In this document: in pieces, positions 38,017-51,239 of the stretch | Numbering within the stretch: position 1 is the first letter of the stretch | Layout: each line of letters opens with the position of its first letter | Source: Octopus vulgaris | Taxonomy: Eukaryota | Length of the DNA stretch: 64,000 bases | NCBI GenBank assembly: GCA_951406725.2 | Contig: OX597831.1 | Location: 2,108,001-2,172,000 of the forward strand | Direction: 5' to 3' | Translations under genes and position numbers: made by a program | The notes under the pieces: generated by a model | Databases searched by the model: none | What the model was told of the DNA's origin: nothing | The model's input: only the letters and a program-made list of their open reading frames with translations

Positions 38017-38649
38017 CTCAATGATTCATCTAAGAAGGTAGTGATTTCAAACAAGAACTGAAAATAAAAGTATGTGAATATCAATTAGAGTGAGACAGAA
38101 AGATAGATAGATAAAGATAGAGAGAGAGTGGGAGATAGAGAGATTCTAGCTGATAAACTCTGAAACTGTGGTTTTATTCCTTACCAAAATTAACTTTATC
38201 TTTTATTGTTTAGAGGCCAATAAAACTCTGCGGAATTCTGGTTTAAACACCTCATAACTTTTGTATTTTGTGTGTGTGTGTGTGTGTGTAACTTTTATCT
38301 TTTACTTGATTCAGTCATTGCAGCCATGCTGGGGCACCACCTTGAAGAATTTTTAGTTGAATATATCGACCCCAGTACTTATTCTGTTGGTCTCTTTTGC
38401 TGAACTGCTAAGTTACGGGGATGTAAACACACTAACACTAGTGATCAAGTGGTGGTGGGAACAGATAAAGATATGCATACACACACACACACATATCATC
38501 ATCATCATCATCATTTAACATCCGTTTTCCATGCTAGCATGGGTTGGACAGTTCGACCAGGGTCTGGGAAGCCAGAGGCTGCACCAGGCTCCAGTTTGAT
38601 CTGGCATACACTGGATGTCCTTCCTAACACCAACCACTCAGTGAGTGGA

Positions 38650-38686
<37 letters not shown>

Positions 38687-39217
38687 GCTGCTTTCAGTTT
38701 CTGTCTACCAATCCACTCACAAAGCTTTGGTTGGCCCAAAGCTAGAGTGGAAGACATTTGCTGAAGATGCCATACAATGAAACTGAACCCGGTATCATGT
38801 GGTTGGTGAGCAAAAATGGTGACATAGTGTTAAAAAAAAATCATCCTATAACTCAGGTCTTTTGTAGAGAAGTAGAATGAAAAGAAAAATCCCTTACTTG
38901 TATAACAAGTAAGGGTTAGTGACAGGAAGGGCATCCAGTTGTAAAATAATACCTCAACAATAAATATTCATCCAACCCATGATAGCATGGCAAAATGGAT
39001 GGGAAAATGAACAAACAAAAAATATATATATATAAATATGTATAAGTGGGACACAGCCATAGCTTTACAATGTAGAATGGTGACGAACTAAGACCTCAGA
39101 CCCTACCACAAGAGTATGTGCAGTTCTTTACTAATCTAAACAATATTGTTAGTCCGGTATACTAACAGAGAGTGCATAAAGTATTTTGCCCATACTGATA
39201 ATCTCTCACTAATAACT

Positions 39218-39272
<55 letters not shown>

Positions 39273-39273
<1 letters not shown>

Positions 39274-39625
39274 TAGCACTATACCCGGCAACGCCGGGTC
39301 ATAGTGCTAGTGCATGCATATACAGTTGCATACGTGCATACATACACGCGAGTACTGTCCAAATCTCCGACCAATTACATACAGCTAGCTGGCATATCAA
39401 GTTTTGGGCATTTTGATTGGGTTTTGGATAGAAAATTCAAAAAAAAGTCACTTCTATTGATTTTTTAATGGCTTTGCGGGGTGACTGTGGAAATGTAAAG
39501 ATGTGCACGACCACCCTTGGACGGTTTTGAATGACCATAGAAAGTTTGAGCCCTCTAACTGAAAAATTGTGGATTTGTATGAAGGACACACACACAGACA
39601 GACATTTTGCCGTTTATATATATAT
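39273..39625 (-). mobile_element. non-autonomous Helitron
   Basis: 3' CTAG terminus with subterminal hairpin cccggc-aac-gccggg; 5' end tatatataaacggcaaaatgtctgtc shared with the 44157 element. Confidence 0.7.
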
Positions 39626-42146
39626 ATATACATATATACACATACACACACATACATACATGCACACACATAGTATGCTTATATAGTTGCAAGTGTTAAA
39701 TATATTTAAAAGCCTAGATAATAGAAACACAGACAATTATTCCAACCACCACCAGTCACCCACTAAACCTCTCCTAACACCATCAACAACACAGTAGGGA
39801 TTAAAAAGCAAAGCATTTGCTAGAGTGTACAATTAGTCCATCACCACCACCACCATACACTGCTACAAGCCAAAGAGAGAGGCCTCCATGTCGTTGCTCA
39901 ATCTGCTAGAAATAACAGCCAAAGTTGTCCTCTAACCACACCATGTCATCTTATAAAAAGGACACATTTGAAAATGTAGCCATATATACGAAATGACTGG
40001 ATAGATGGTATGGTTAGGACGGCCTGGGGTTAAACAACAAGAATAATAACAGCATCAACAGACCACCACTACCACCACTACAACAACAACAACGATTCTC
40101 CCATCCACAGCCAAACTAGTCACATACAAGATACTGGGTCGGCCCTTTAAACAATAGACACAAAAACGTCACATGACTGTAGAAGCCTGTGTTAACAATG
40201 TTAATTACACACACATATACATATACATGTATGCACTCCTCTCTTCTAGTAGGATTAGAAACTCCCATCACACCCCCAGGGCATCCTGAAACTATTAGCC
40301 TCTCAGTTGATCCTCATCACCTGCTACATCAAATTCCACCACCACCACCACACATAACTTCTCCCACCAGCATCATCGTCACCACCACCACCACCACCCA
40401 CAATTAACTGCTCAGTCTGAATCAGACACTACCTGGCGATTGTACTTCGAGGCTGTCTCATCTTTATCACTGCATATTGTATGTATGTTTGGTTACTTCC
40501 TGGTTGTAAAGAACAACAAAAAGACAAGGAGGAATTTACCAAAGTATCACTAACCGCCACAACACACTCTAACCCAAAGCTGACTATCCTATAAACCTTC
40601 TCATCACATGTAAGCATCACCATCACCATCACGGTCAGCTACAAAGTACTACAGACCACAAGCATCTCAATACACTATATTCACCAGACTACAGTACATT
40701 ATAAAGAACAAGAGAAAGAAGACAAAAAAAAAAAACATATACATAAACCAAATATTTTTGTTTATATAAAATTATAAACTTATATACCAAGACATGCCGG
40801 GACAGGCAAATAGTGGCACCAAGAAAATGATGGACTGTCCACCAGCATCTACTAAATTAATGTCTCTCTGTGATCTCTGTTCCTGCTGGTGGAACTGTAT
40901 GATGTAAGTAAACTAGATTATAATAATAATAATAATAATAATAATTGTGTACAGTGCTCAGGTGCACTACAACTCATCTAAAGTGTATATATAATCAGGT
41001 GTAGTTTCGGCGGATTTCGGAAAGCATGAGGGCCTTAAAGGATGCAGTGTCTTCAGAACTTATTGGGTATTCAACAAGAAATAAAGAATTTGGGGGCTTA
41101 CTCATAGTAGGTACTAGTAGCACAAGTACCAAAACAGTTACTTATATTATGTCTGTGATTGAACATCTTAACCCTCTACCATTCAGATTCCTCTGTCAAA
41201 TTAAATGCTTATTTATTCACAATGCTTTAAATTAATCCTGCTTTATCTCATAGCTGTGAGTGAGATTTTGATGAAGTGGTTCCATATTTGTAGAATGATA
41301 TTTTAGGGTGGGTGTGAGATGAGAGCCTGGAGCTGGTCTTTTCAAACATAAAACAGATGGAATATTTGGACTGGATATGGCAAGTTTAAATGCAACAGGG
41401 TTAAAGGGATGGCCACAAATTTCAAAAAAAAATAAGGAAAAAAAAAGGACATTTTATTGTTTGTGGTTTGGTAGAAATCCTGTCTTTAGGTAATTTTTAT
41501 GAAACAAGCCTAGAATAGTGTGTTCTAACATCACAGGGAAATGAATTAACTCACCAGTGTCACTTTGCAAGATGATGAGAGGGTATCAGTCTCTTCATTA
41601 TGTGACAAACTCTATTTTTAATTTTTTTTATTTCATTTAAGAAATTTCAAAATGTAGGTATTTATTTATGTTGCATGTATATATCTATGTCTGTCCATTT
41701 CTCTCTCTCTCTGTATTATATATATATATATATTATATTAAATTAGAGATAAAACCACTATTAGGCAAATCAAACAGTGAAAAACATAAGCCAATACATA
41801 AAATTAATTTAAAAATATAAAAGTTAAAAATAAAAAATTATTTAAATAATTTAAACTTATAAATTTTATATATATATACAAATATATATATATATATATG
41901 TATGTATGTATATTTTTATATTATTTTATTAATTAATTTATTTATTTTATATATATATATATATATGTATTTATATATATCTGTTTGAGTGTGTGTGTAA
42001 TCATCACAAACTTTTTCTGTTTCATCATCATCATCATCGTTTAACGTCCGTTCTCCATGCTAGCATGGGTTCAACCGGGGATCTGGGAAGCCAGAAGGCT
42101 TCACCAGGCTCCAGTCTTATCTTATATATATATATATATACACATA

Positions 42147-42189
<43 letters not shown>

Positions 42190-43810
42190 TTATATATATC
42201 TGTTTGAGTGTGTGTGTAATCATCACAAACTTTTTCTGTTTGTCAGTAATTGTTAATAACTTTAACGACAATCTATCTTGTTTAAGAGCAGTGGAGTTGT
42301 TACAAGTTGCTATGCAGAAATACAGTCACACTAATTATTAATAAAAAACACCAAGTTCAATTCCAAAGGAATCTAAGAGAGATACACAGACATTGATTTC
42401 GTGTTACTTAACCACTGGCCAACCCTGATAATACAGACCTGTGATCAAAAGCATTCCTTTCCTAACCATTCCATCAAGCTGTATATCAAAAACTACTTAG
42501 TTCAATGAATGCTTCCTCTTTTCAAAACAGTAAGGTGAGATATTAGGGAAATTTGGCTGCTCTTTCTAGCAGGTACACTAATCACACAATAAAATCAGTA
42601 GCATATTAAACTGAGTTTAAGCATTGATGGAAATGGAAGGATATGCAGAAATTTTATTATATATAAAGTAAATTCATGATAAAGTTTCCTTAAGAATCAA
42701 GGCACATCAACATGTAAGATGCCAGAAAATGGCAAGGTACAAACACAAAGACTTCAAGCACTAGTAGGATACCATAGATATGCAAGTACCAAATCCAATT
42801 TGTAACCACTGATCTGACTATTTGGTGTGGTGTAGGTATAAAACAGGTAACACGAATGGCATTTAAAATTTATGACAACTGTTTTGGAAGAATTTCATTC
42901 TATGTAGTCGTAAAAGATTACATCATAATATACAATCCACCGTCATCAGATAAAATTTTAAACAGTTGACCTGGGCATAGCCAACATTTCTTGGGTTAGT
43001 GCGATATAATATTAAAATACATAAGGGCTATGAGCAAATGTAAAAATAAAAATTAAAAATGAACCACTACAAAAAAAAGTTGCTGATTTCTGGGCAACAC
43101 CTTTGCCATTTGCTATTACCTTTAAATGGCTTGATTCTTTAACATTCAAATTAATCTGTCAAATGTAAAGCTTGTTTATTCATTTTGTTTTGAACTAATC
43201 ATGTGTAGACTTATAGCTTTGAGATTTCAATGATGTTATTGTCCATTTTTAGAACGACAAAGTAGGGTGGATATGAGAGGCTAGACTTGGCCAGTTTGAA
43301 CTGAAAACAAGAGGTATATTTGGGCTGGATGTGGTTGGTCTAAATGCTAAATGGTTAATAAAAGCTGCAAATACACCATTATATTTCTGTTTTAACTGAG
43401 CCCAAAACTGCACACCCATCTGGTTACAGTGTGGAAGTCAGAGTATGTTGCCTGCAGATATAGTGTAGTGAATCTGGAATGTTATGTGAGGTAGAATTAA
43501 CTACCTGGAAATGTAATGGGAATTACAGTATATGTGTGTGTGTGAGCCTATTCATATGAAAACTTGGAATTGTACTGTTGTGTGTAATCAGTCTCTCTCT
43601 CTCTCTCTTTTACTTGTTTCAGTCATTTGACTGCAGCCATGCTGGAGCACCGCCTTTAGTCGATCAAATCGACCCTGGGACTTATTCTTTGTAAGCCCAG
43701 TACTTATTCTATCGGTGTCTTTTGCCGAACTGCTAAGTGACGGGGACGTAAACACACCAGCATCGGTTGTCAAGCAATGCTAGGGGGACAAACACAGATA
43801 CCCCCCCCCC

Positions 43811-43864
<54 letters not shown>

Positions 43865-44156
43865 TACGACAGGCTTCTTTCAGTTTCCATCTACCAAATC
43901 CACTCACAAGGCATTGGTCGGCCCGGGGCTATAGCAGAAGACACTTGCCCAAGATGCCACGCAGTGGGACTGAACCCGGAACCATGTGGTTGGTTAGCAA
44001 GCTACTTACCACACAGCCACTCCTGCGTCTGTCTGGAACCAATTATTATTTCTTTATTTCTTCCTCAAAAAGGCTTTCAAAACATCCCTTCTCTAACATT
44101 GATACACAGAACCTAACTACCTAACTACAAAGCTTATGCTTCCCTTCATTTAACAA

Positions 44157-44587
44157 CTAGTAGCATAGTCCGGCATTGCCCGGGTATGTAAGAGCCCCTA
44201 GTAGGCAACGGCTAATCCCAATCGGGTCCTTTCTCTCTAGGGAACGAAGGCGCATGTGTAGGTTGCAATGTCTTCTCTTCACTCGAATACTTCTGTGTAT
44301 ACGATGTTCCTAGCTGTCCCTTTGGGCGATAAAAAGGTCGAGTTGTGTCCCCTAGACAGAAAATGTGTTGCATATAAAAAGCTTAGATTCTCGACCCCAT
44401 GTCGAATTTATCGATTTTTTCAGAACTGGGGGAACTTTTCAAAATTTTCGCTGCGTCAGTTTTGTATTATGACATTGGGCTATATGTGTGTCAAGTTTCA
44501 TCAGAATCGGTTGAAAGCCGTGGTCAGGGTGAGGGTACAACCTGACAGACACACAGACAGACAAACTGCCGTTTATATATAGAGAGA
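44157..44587 (-). mobile_element. non-autonomous Helitron
   Basis: A|TC...hairpin...CTAG|T structure on minus strand, no TSD. Confidence 0.75.
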
Positions 44588-45328
44588 TGAGATGGAAAGT
44601 AACTAATAATAAGCGGAATGTAGAAGTTGGTTACACACAAAAGGTTAGTTATCTGTTCATTGCATTGTTGTGGCTGACAGCTGTCAAATTTTGTCTAAAC
44701 CCTACAATCTTGAAGGAATGTAACTAACTATTAGAATTTTTTGACAGACATCTTCACATGACAATTCAAAATGTGTGGGCGCTTGTGTACATGTGTGCAT
44801 GTGTGTTTGTGTGCATCTCAGTGTATGCCTTTTTAATATTTTTTTTTGTTTTCTAAATTTTAGGGGGGCAAACAGAAATGGGCTATTATGAAATTTGTGC
44901 TTTATCTAAGAGAAGTAGTCGACATAAAGAGTGAAATAGCTTCAATTGGGAACTGAAACTACAGTACCTACTTAATTTGAAAGGAATTTCTATTTGCTTA
45001 GCAACTGTTATGTCTCCTCCAAGCAATAAATAGACCCTGCAACAATAATGACAACAGTAGCAGCTGTAGCAACTGAATGCTTAGTATTTCCTTGGCAATG
45101 TCTAAAATAATACTTTTTATGAACCTTCACAAGGCTATTTATTTATAGAACAGATGGTGTTAAGCTTTTGTTTGCATAGGTAATCCAAGATAAACCAAGA
45201 TTAAACAATCATATTTTAAGCTGAGTCAGCAATTTGGTACAATATTAATTTAGAAAAAAACATGGATTAACAAGCAGCGTATAATCTGTTGAATACCAAA
45301 CAATTAATCTATCTAGGAACTAATTATA

Positions 45329-45748
45329 CAACTATAAGAGAGAATCCACTATGTGGACGCTCTTACGCTAGATATAGATCCGCAAAGGGAATCCACCACT
45401 AAGAATTGTTCTCAAGAAATAATTCAACACACCAAGAACGTAAGCGAGCAGGACAAATGAAAAATAACGAAAATATAAATTAACAATTGTATAGGGTTAA
45501 TCTATATTTTCGTTTGTCCTGCTCGCTTACATTCTTGGTGTATCAATTTATTTCTTGAGAACAATTCTTTGTGGTGGATTCCCTTTGCGGATCTATATCT
45601 AGCGTAAGAGCGTTCACATAGTGGATTCTCTCTTATAGTTGTGTATTAATAATATTTATTGAATCTCAGTCTTTTATACGCTAGGCCACTTGGTGTCTAA
45701 ATTGGTATTATTAAATTAATATTCAATTTTTTCACCTTTATTTTAACT
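45329..45748. mobile_element. foldback insertion (Penelope-like) with 15-bp TSD
   Basis: Arms ~45325-45483 / 45497-45645 plus asymmetric tail; TSD taggaactaattata / taggagctaattata. Confidence 0.7.
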
Positions 45749-48500
45749 TAGGAGCTAATTATAGTTAGCTTTCACTCTTATGAAGATTCAACATTTATAT
45801 GGATTTGTGATAGTACATCCACCCTCAACCTAAACATTGGAGGACTGCACCAAAAACTTAAGTAATTGAAAAAACAGTCTCTAGCCTGACTCTGTACTAC
45901 TTGAATTCTCTTCAACTTTGACTACAACAGTTTCAGCACCTTAGAATGAATTGAATATATTACTCCATTACGCCATCATCTAAATTCATCTATTTCCCTT
46001 CAGCGATGTTCTACTCAGAGTTTTCTGTGTCGTCTTCCTTATTTCACTATCCTGACATAAAGCAGATATCATCCCTAGATATTTTCTGATTAGTAAGCTC
46101 ATTAGTAAAACTGAAACAACATTGCTATGACATCTTTGATTCATTGCTACCAAACATGCTTTAATCCACCAACTCTATGCCACATTTTTGCCAAGCATTT
46201 TATCATCTATTCACATTATACATCACAAAAACACCACTGAACACCTTTAAGGACCCAGTCGCATCCTTAATTCCCATACAATTAGGCATCTTCCTAAATA
46301 GTGTTACACTCAACAGAACATACTCAATTCTGTTTTTCTCATGCTCATCTCATGTTTCACTGCCATACTACAACATATTTCTAACAGATACTGCCAAGTA
46401 TAATTTGCTTAAAGGAAAATTTCCAGAAATTTAAATTGGAATTCTTCACTCAGTTTTAAATGAATATTGCTCCACCAATACACACACAGTATGCTTACAT
46501 ATAATTAAACATGATTATGAATCTAGTTATACCTTTTTCAGAGACATACACACACACACTAACTCATATATCCAGCTGTTCATAAAAATACACCCATATC
46601 TAAATATCTACAGCACTGCATATCAGATGTAAGGTATAGTGTATAGTCCTCAGTTAGGTGAAAAGATTGTATAACTGAGAAGATGGGTCCTTGACCTTGT
46701 CTTTTGCCATAGAACAGTTTGATCAGGGCTATACAACAACCCCAATCCTAACAACAACTTAACTGCAACTCCTCCACCCCACACCACATTGGCAACTTTA
46801 CCAGCTTCTGTTGTTATAACAAAAGCCATAAACCCCCATGCAGTAACGGTTTAATAAATTCTATCCTTTTAGTTCCAATGCAATGATGTCAGGTTGAAAG
46901 AGCACGTCTCTCTCCTCCCGTGAAATGAAATAAAACACAAAGGCAAAAGTATTTTAAGTGGAATAAACTAAATGAAACATTAAATACACATTAGAACAAT
47001 AGATAGAATTAGCTGCAATTGTTTTAACTGAATGCATATTAGATTTACCAACTTACATAAGTAGAAATCCATTGTAAACAGTATTTTAGAAGTATTGTTA
47101 ACTAGAAAATTATATCAAAAGATATTTTATAATGGTCATTTGATACAATGAAATATATAAAAGGCATTTTTATTCAAAGTATTAACCATTTACTAAAACT
47201 ATTTGTAAAATTAAAACTGTGATAAACTAGGTTAGTTCCATTATAATGCTTTATGAACACCAATGCTGTTTGGAGGCAAGAATAAATAATAGTAGAGCAG
47301 TAAAAATTTGAAAAGGATGGGGGAAAAGCTTCAAGAATTGCCATTTCTGATGGGGAAAAAAACCCCGATTTTCTCTCAATGTACAAAATGCAGACTATAT
47401 GGTAAGTATAACATCTACATGTATTTCCCATGTAATACTACATGGCACTCTAAGAATGAGGAGTGTAAAAAAGTGTAAAGTTGTGCTACATGGGAAATGA
47501 AATTAGTGGGCTATATGAGGCATATTTATGAAGTCCTGAAGTTGTACGATAGGGAGGTTTGTTTAAAAGCAGCAGTATTGTATGCTATTGAAACAGGTGT
47601 AGTGAAATAAAAGGACCAACAATAACATAGCTAAATATAGTCTAAATTGTATATAATTTTAAGTTACTAGAAAGATTGAGTGTAGGGAAAATCTCACAGA
47701 AGAGTTAGTAAAAAGATTTGAGAAGTAGAAAGAAAACTGGGTCTCTCAATGAGATGATAAAGGATCAGATAATGTTGCAGATATATTCTAATTATAAATT
47801 TATTGGAAAATAGACATTAATATGATACTGATGATTGTGATAGTAGCAATAATGGTAGTCAGTGTAATGAGATTATCAATGTGTAAGGTGAACATGTGAT
47901 ATATAGGTACTATATGGGACAGGATATTTTACAAGGCCATAGTCACATGACTCATGCATCTGAATTCAATTTCCAAAAGGTTAAATTCTATTATACTAGT
48001 TTTTAAGTTAGGCACAAGACGAGCAATTTTGAGGAGAGAAGGTTAGTTGATAACATCAACCCCAGTACTTGATTGTACTTTATTTTATTGACCCCGGAGG
48101 GATAAGTTGACCTTAGGTGAGATTAGGACTCAGAATGCATAGAGCCAGAACACATACAAGACATTTTACCAATGCTCTAATGATTCTGCCATCTTTTACA
48201 ATGGAATTTATAATTCATCCTTTGAAAATCCACAAATAAAGATTAGTAATTCTACTGAAAGGGTGTAAACAGAATTTGAAATAAGACAAAGTGGTTATTT
48301 TAAAGCAGTAGTTACTGAAAAAGAAGTTCACTAAGATGGTTTCTGATCCATCCCTCTATTGTAACCTTAATTCCACAGAACATACTATATGTCGCTTCCA
48401 AACATGTCATAAAACCTAAATTCCGAGAAGTTTCTTAATGTATAAAGTGTGTTGTATTTTCTTTAATTTTTGCTTTTTCAGATTCAGTGAATCAGCGACC

Positions 48501-48842
48501 ATGCCAGATCCTTTCATAAACATCATTCCAGACACCTTACCGGAGTCTAGCAGTCCTCAAGACATAGTGACGCAACCAACATCTACAGCTCTGGTCCCAG
48601 TAAATGCTGATAAAAGATGGCAATTTGATGGTGGAAGGGTGAAGTCAAATTTTGGCCACGTTTCCTTCTCAAAAGGGAATATGTCGAAAGAAGACAGGAA
48701 AAGATTGATGGACATGAAAGAGGAGAGGCATAAGATCAAATTAGAAATCCTCAAACTGGAGAGGGAAATGATTAAGAATAAAATGCAGAGTGGTGATGAC
48801 ACGAGAATCAAACTGATAACTGAAGAAGTTACTTTATCATAA
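48501..48842 (+). CDS. 113-aa ORF or terminal exon with C-terminal coiled coil, antisense within the last ABCB7 intron
   Basis: Strong acceptor ttttgctttttcag at 48481; gaccATG Kozak; EERHKIKLEILKLEREMIKNK coil; T-rich UTR and aataaa at 48961. Confidence 0.6.
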   Translation: MPDPFINIIPDTLPESSSPQDIVTQPTSTALVPVNADKRWQFDGGRVKSNFGHVSFSKGNMSKEDRKRLMDMKEERHKIKLEILKLEREMIKNKMQSGDDTRIKLITEEVTLS

Positions 48843-49170
48843 AACTGAAGATCACTGGTTTATGCTGCTACATTCCAGACTGAATGGCTTTTTTTCTCTT
48901 TTTCTTATTTTTCCAAATTTTTGTATAACTTTTTTCTTTTTTATATTTTGATAAATAATAAATAAAATGAAGCATTTGAATTTTTTGATTTATACATCAT
49001 CATCATCATCATCATCATCATCGTTTAACGTCCGCTTTCCATGCTAGCATGGGTTGGACGGTTCAACTGGGGTCTGGGAAGCCCGAAGGCTGCACCAAGC
49101 CCAGTCTGATCTGGCAGTGTTTCTACAGCTGGATGCCCTTCCTAACGCCAACCACTCCGTGAGTGTAGTG

Positions 49171-49611
49171 GGTGCTTTTTATGTGCCACCGACATAGGTG
49201 CCAGAGGAGGCTGGCGAACGGCCATGCTCGGATGGTGCTTTTTATGTGCCACCGACACAGGTGCCAGACGAGGCTGACGAACGGCCACGCTCGGATGGTG
49301 TTTTTTATGTGCCACCGACACAGGTGCCAGACGAGGCTGGCGAACAGCCATGCTCGGATGGTGCTTTTTATGTGCCACCGACACAGGTGCCAGACGAGGC
49401 TGGCGAATGGCCATGCTCGGATGGTGCTTTTTATGTGCCACCGACACAGGTGCCAGACGAGGCTGGCGAACGGCCATGCTCGGATGGTGCCTTTTATGTG
49501 CCACCGACACAGGTGCTAGACGAGGCTGGCGAACGGCCATGCTCGGATGGTGCTTTTTATGTGCCACCGACACAGGTGCTAGACGAGGCTGGCGAACGGC
49601 CACGCTCGGAT
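49171..49611. repeat. 7 x 63-bp tandem array inside an RTE 3' UTR copy
   Basis: Unit ggtgctttttatgtgccaccgacacaggtgccagacgaggctggcgaacggccatgctcggat. Confidence 0.95.
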
Positions 49612-49865
49612 TCTCATAAAAACAGAAACGAATAAATGAAATGAAACAAAGATCAGGGATTTTGTGTCCATATGGAGGTTGACGAACATGTAGAATGAAA
49701 AAAATGCCTGATGCTGAAGGTAAAAGATTCATGCAGTAAAATGATGAAGAAAAACATGGAGAAAGGAGCTGAGCTTATGTTATTAAGTTGTTGGGCTTTA
49801 CAGAAGAAGGGCAATATGCTATGCTTGAAAACCCATCAAATGTATAACAGCAGAGCATACAACAA

Positions 49866-49902
<37 letters not shown>

Positions 49903-50088
49903 GGTGGTGGTGGTAGTAGTAGTGGTAGTGGTGGTGGTAGTAGTAGTAGTGGTGGTAGTAGTAGTTGTGGTAGTAGTGGTGTAGTAGTAGTGGTGGTGGT
50001 GGTGGTAGTAGTAGTGGTGTTGGTGGTGGTAGTAGTAGTGGTAGTGGTGGTAGTAGTAGTGATGGTAGTAGTAGAAGTAGTAGTGGTG

Positions 50089-50123
<35 letters not shown>
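49866..50123. repeat. (tag/tgg)n trinucleotide microsatellite
   Basis: Visible array. Confidence 0.95.
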
Positions 50124-51239
50124 CTTCCTCTAAGAGAGCACAGGGGATTGAGCTGATAGGGTTTTCGACACAAAATTGGTTAGAGTCAACTATAAAACTT
50201 ATAGTCACACACATATTGGAAAATATAATCCTAGATGTACTATGCCTGAAATAAATGACAGGACGACCGTGGCTAGAACACCTTTGGTCATAGGCTGGCT
50301 AGATCAGTGGAAACCTGGGGGTAAACACCAACCAGCCAACCATGAGAGAGATAACTTATTTCAAGTTACCAGCACAAAAGTATAATTTTCATATAACTTG
50401 GATAATAACACTACTACTGGTAATGTCTATTGTCTTTGTAGTATGGGAATCTTTAAAAGTTAACAAATTATATGTCAGTTACACAGTGTTCTTGTTGCTT
50501 ACATCAGTGAACAGTGTAATCAATGATCCTGTATGTAGAACAAAAAAGGCCAGAAAAGACTAAATATCTTTAGCAATGATGCAACTCACTACAGGTGATA
50601 AGTAGGATATAAGCAACTGACTTTTAATCTGTGAGGCCAGCACTGATAACATCAGCATTATTATAATTATAATTATTATTATTATTATTAAGTGAGAGAG
50701 CAGTACATGCCATCAAAGTGACACTGGGGTTAAATATACAAAGCCCAGTATACCCATCATGACTACCCGTCTGATAAGGGTACACCAGGCACATGCATCA
50801 CAACCATATGTGCGCAATATGGTGATCTCATATCAAGATAAACAGCACATGACCTTGCAGGTGGGGCCCAGTTAGAATTTTCTTCTGGTCGAGTAACCCA
50901 TCCCGCTCAAAAGGTCCCTGAATAAGGGTTGTTTAAGGATGTTGAACGAAACTCCCATGTTTCCAGAGGTGAATTATTCGAACTCCAAAGAATCCCTCTC
51001 AACACATGGCTATGATGCTCCCCCACTACTTCTGCTCATAATCAGAGATGCACATATCGTCAGCCACTAAGGGACATGCTCAACTGGTTAAGGTCAAACA
51101 ACTGATAAGCAAATCTGTGGTATTGAGCAGAATATTTGCTGTAGCCCATCTTTTATACCAAGACAAAACAATGTACATGATAACACTTCCAATCAGTTAA
51201 GATCAGAAGCCACTGCCTGGTACTGCATCAGGGCATTAA

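Noticed and set aside
46861-46915. Minus-strand ERDVLFQPDIIALELKG* terminal-exon-like piece
   Set aside because: Atypical GAG acceptor and no supported partner exon
49142-49732. Repetitive ORFs in several frames; possible CRISPR-like array
   Set aside because: Stop-free 63-bp tandem unit from an RTE UTR, no unique spacers, eukaryotic context
49711-50214. Poly-S/G/V/H/T ORFs
   Set aside because: Trinucleotide microsatellite
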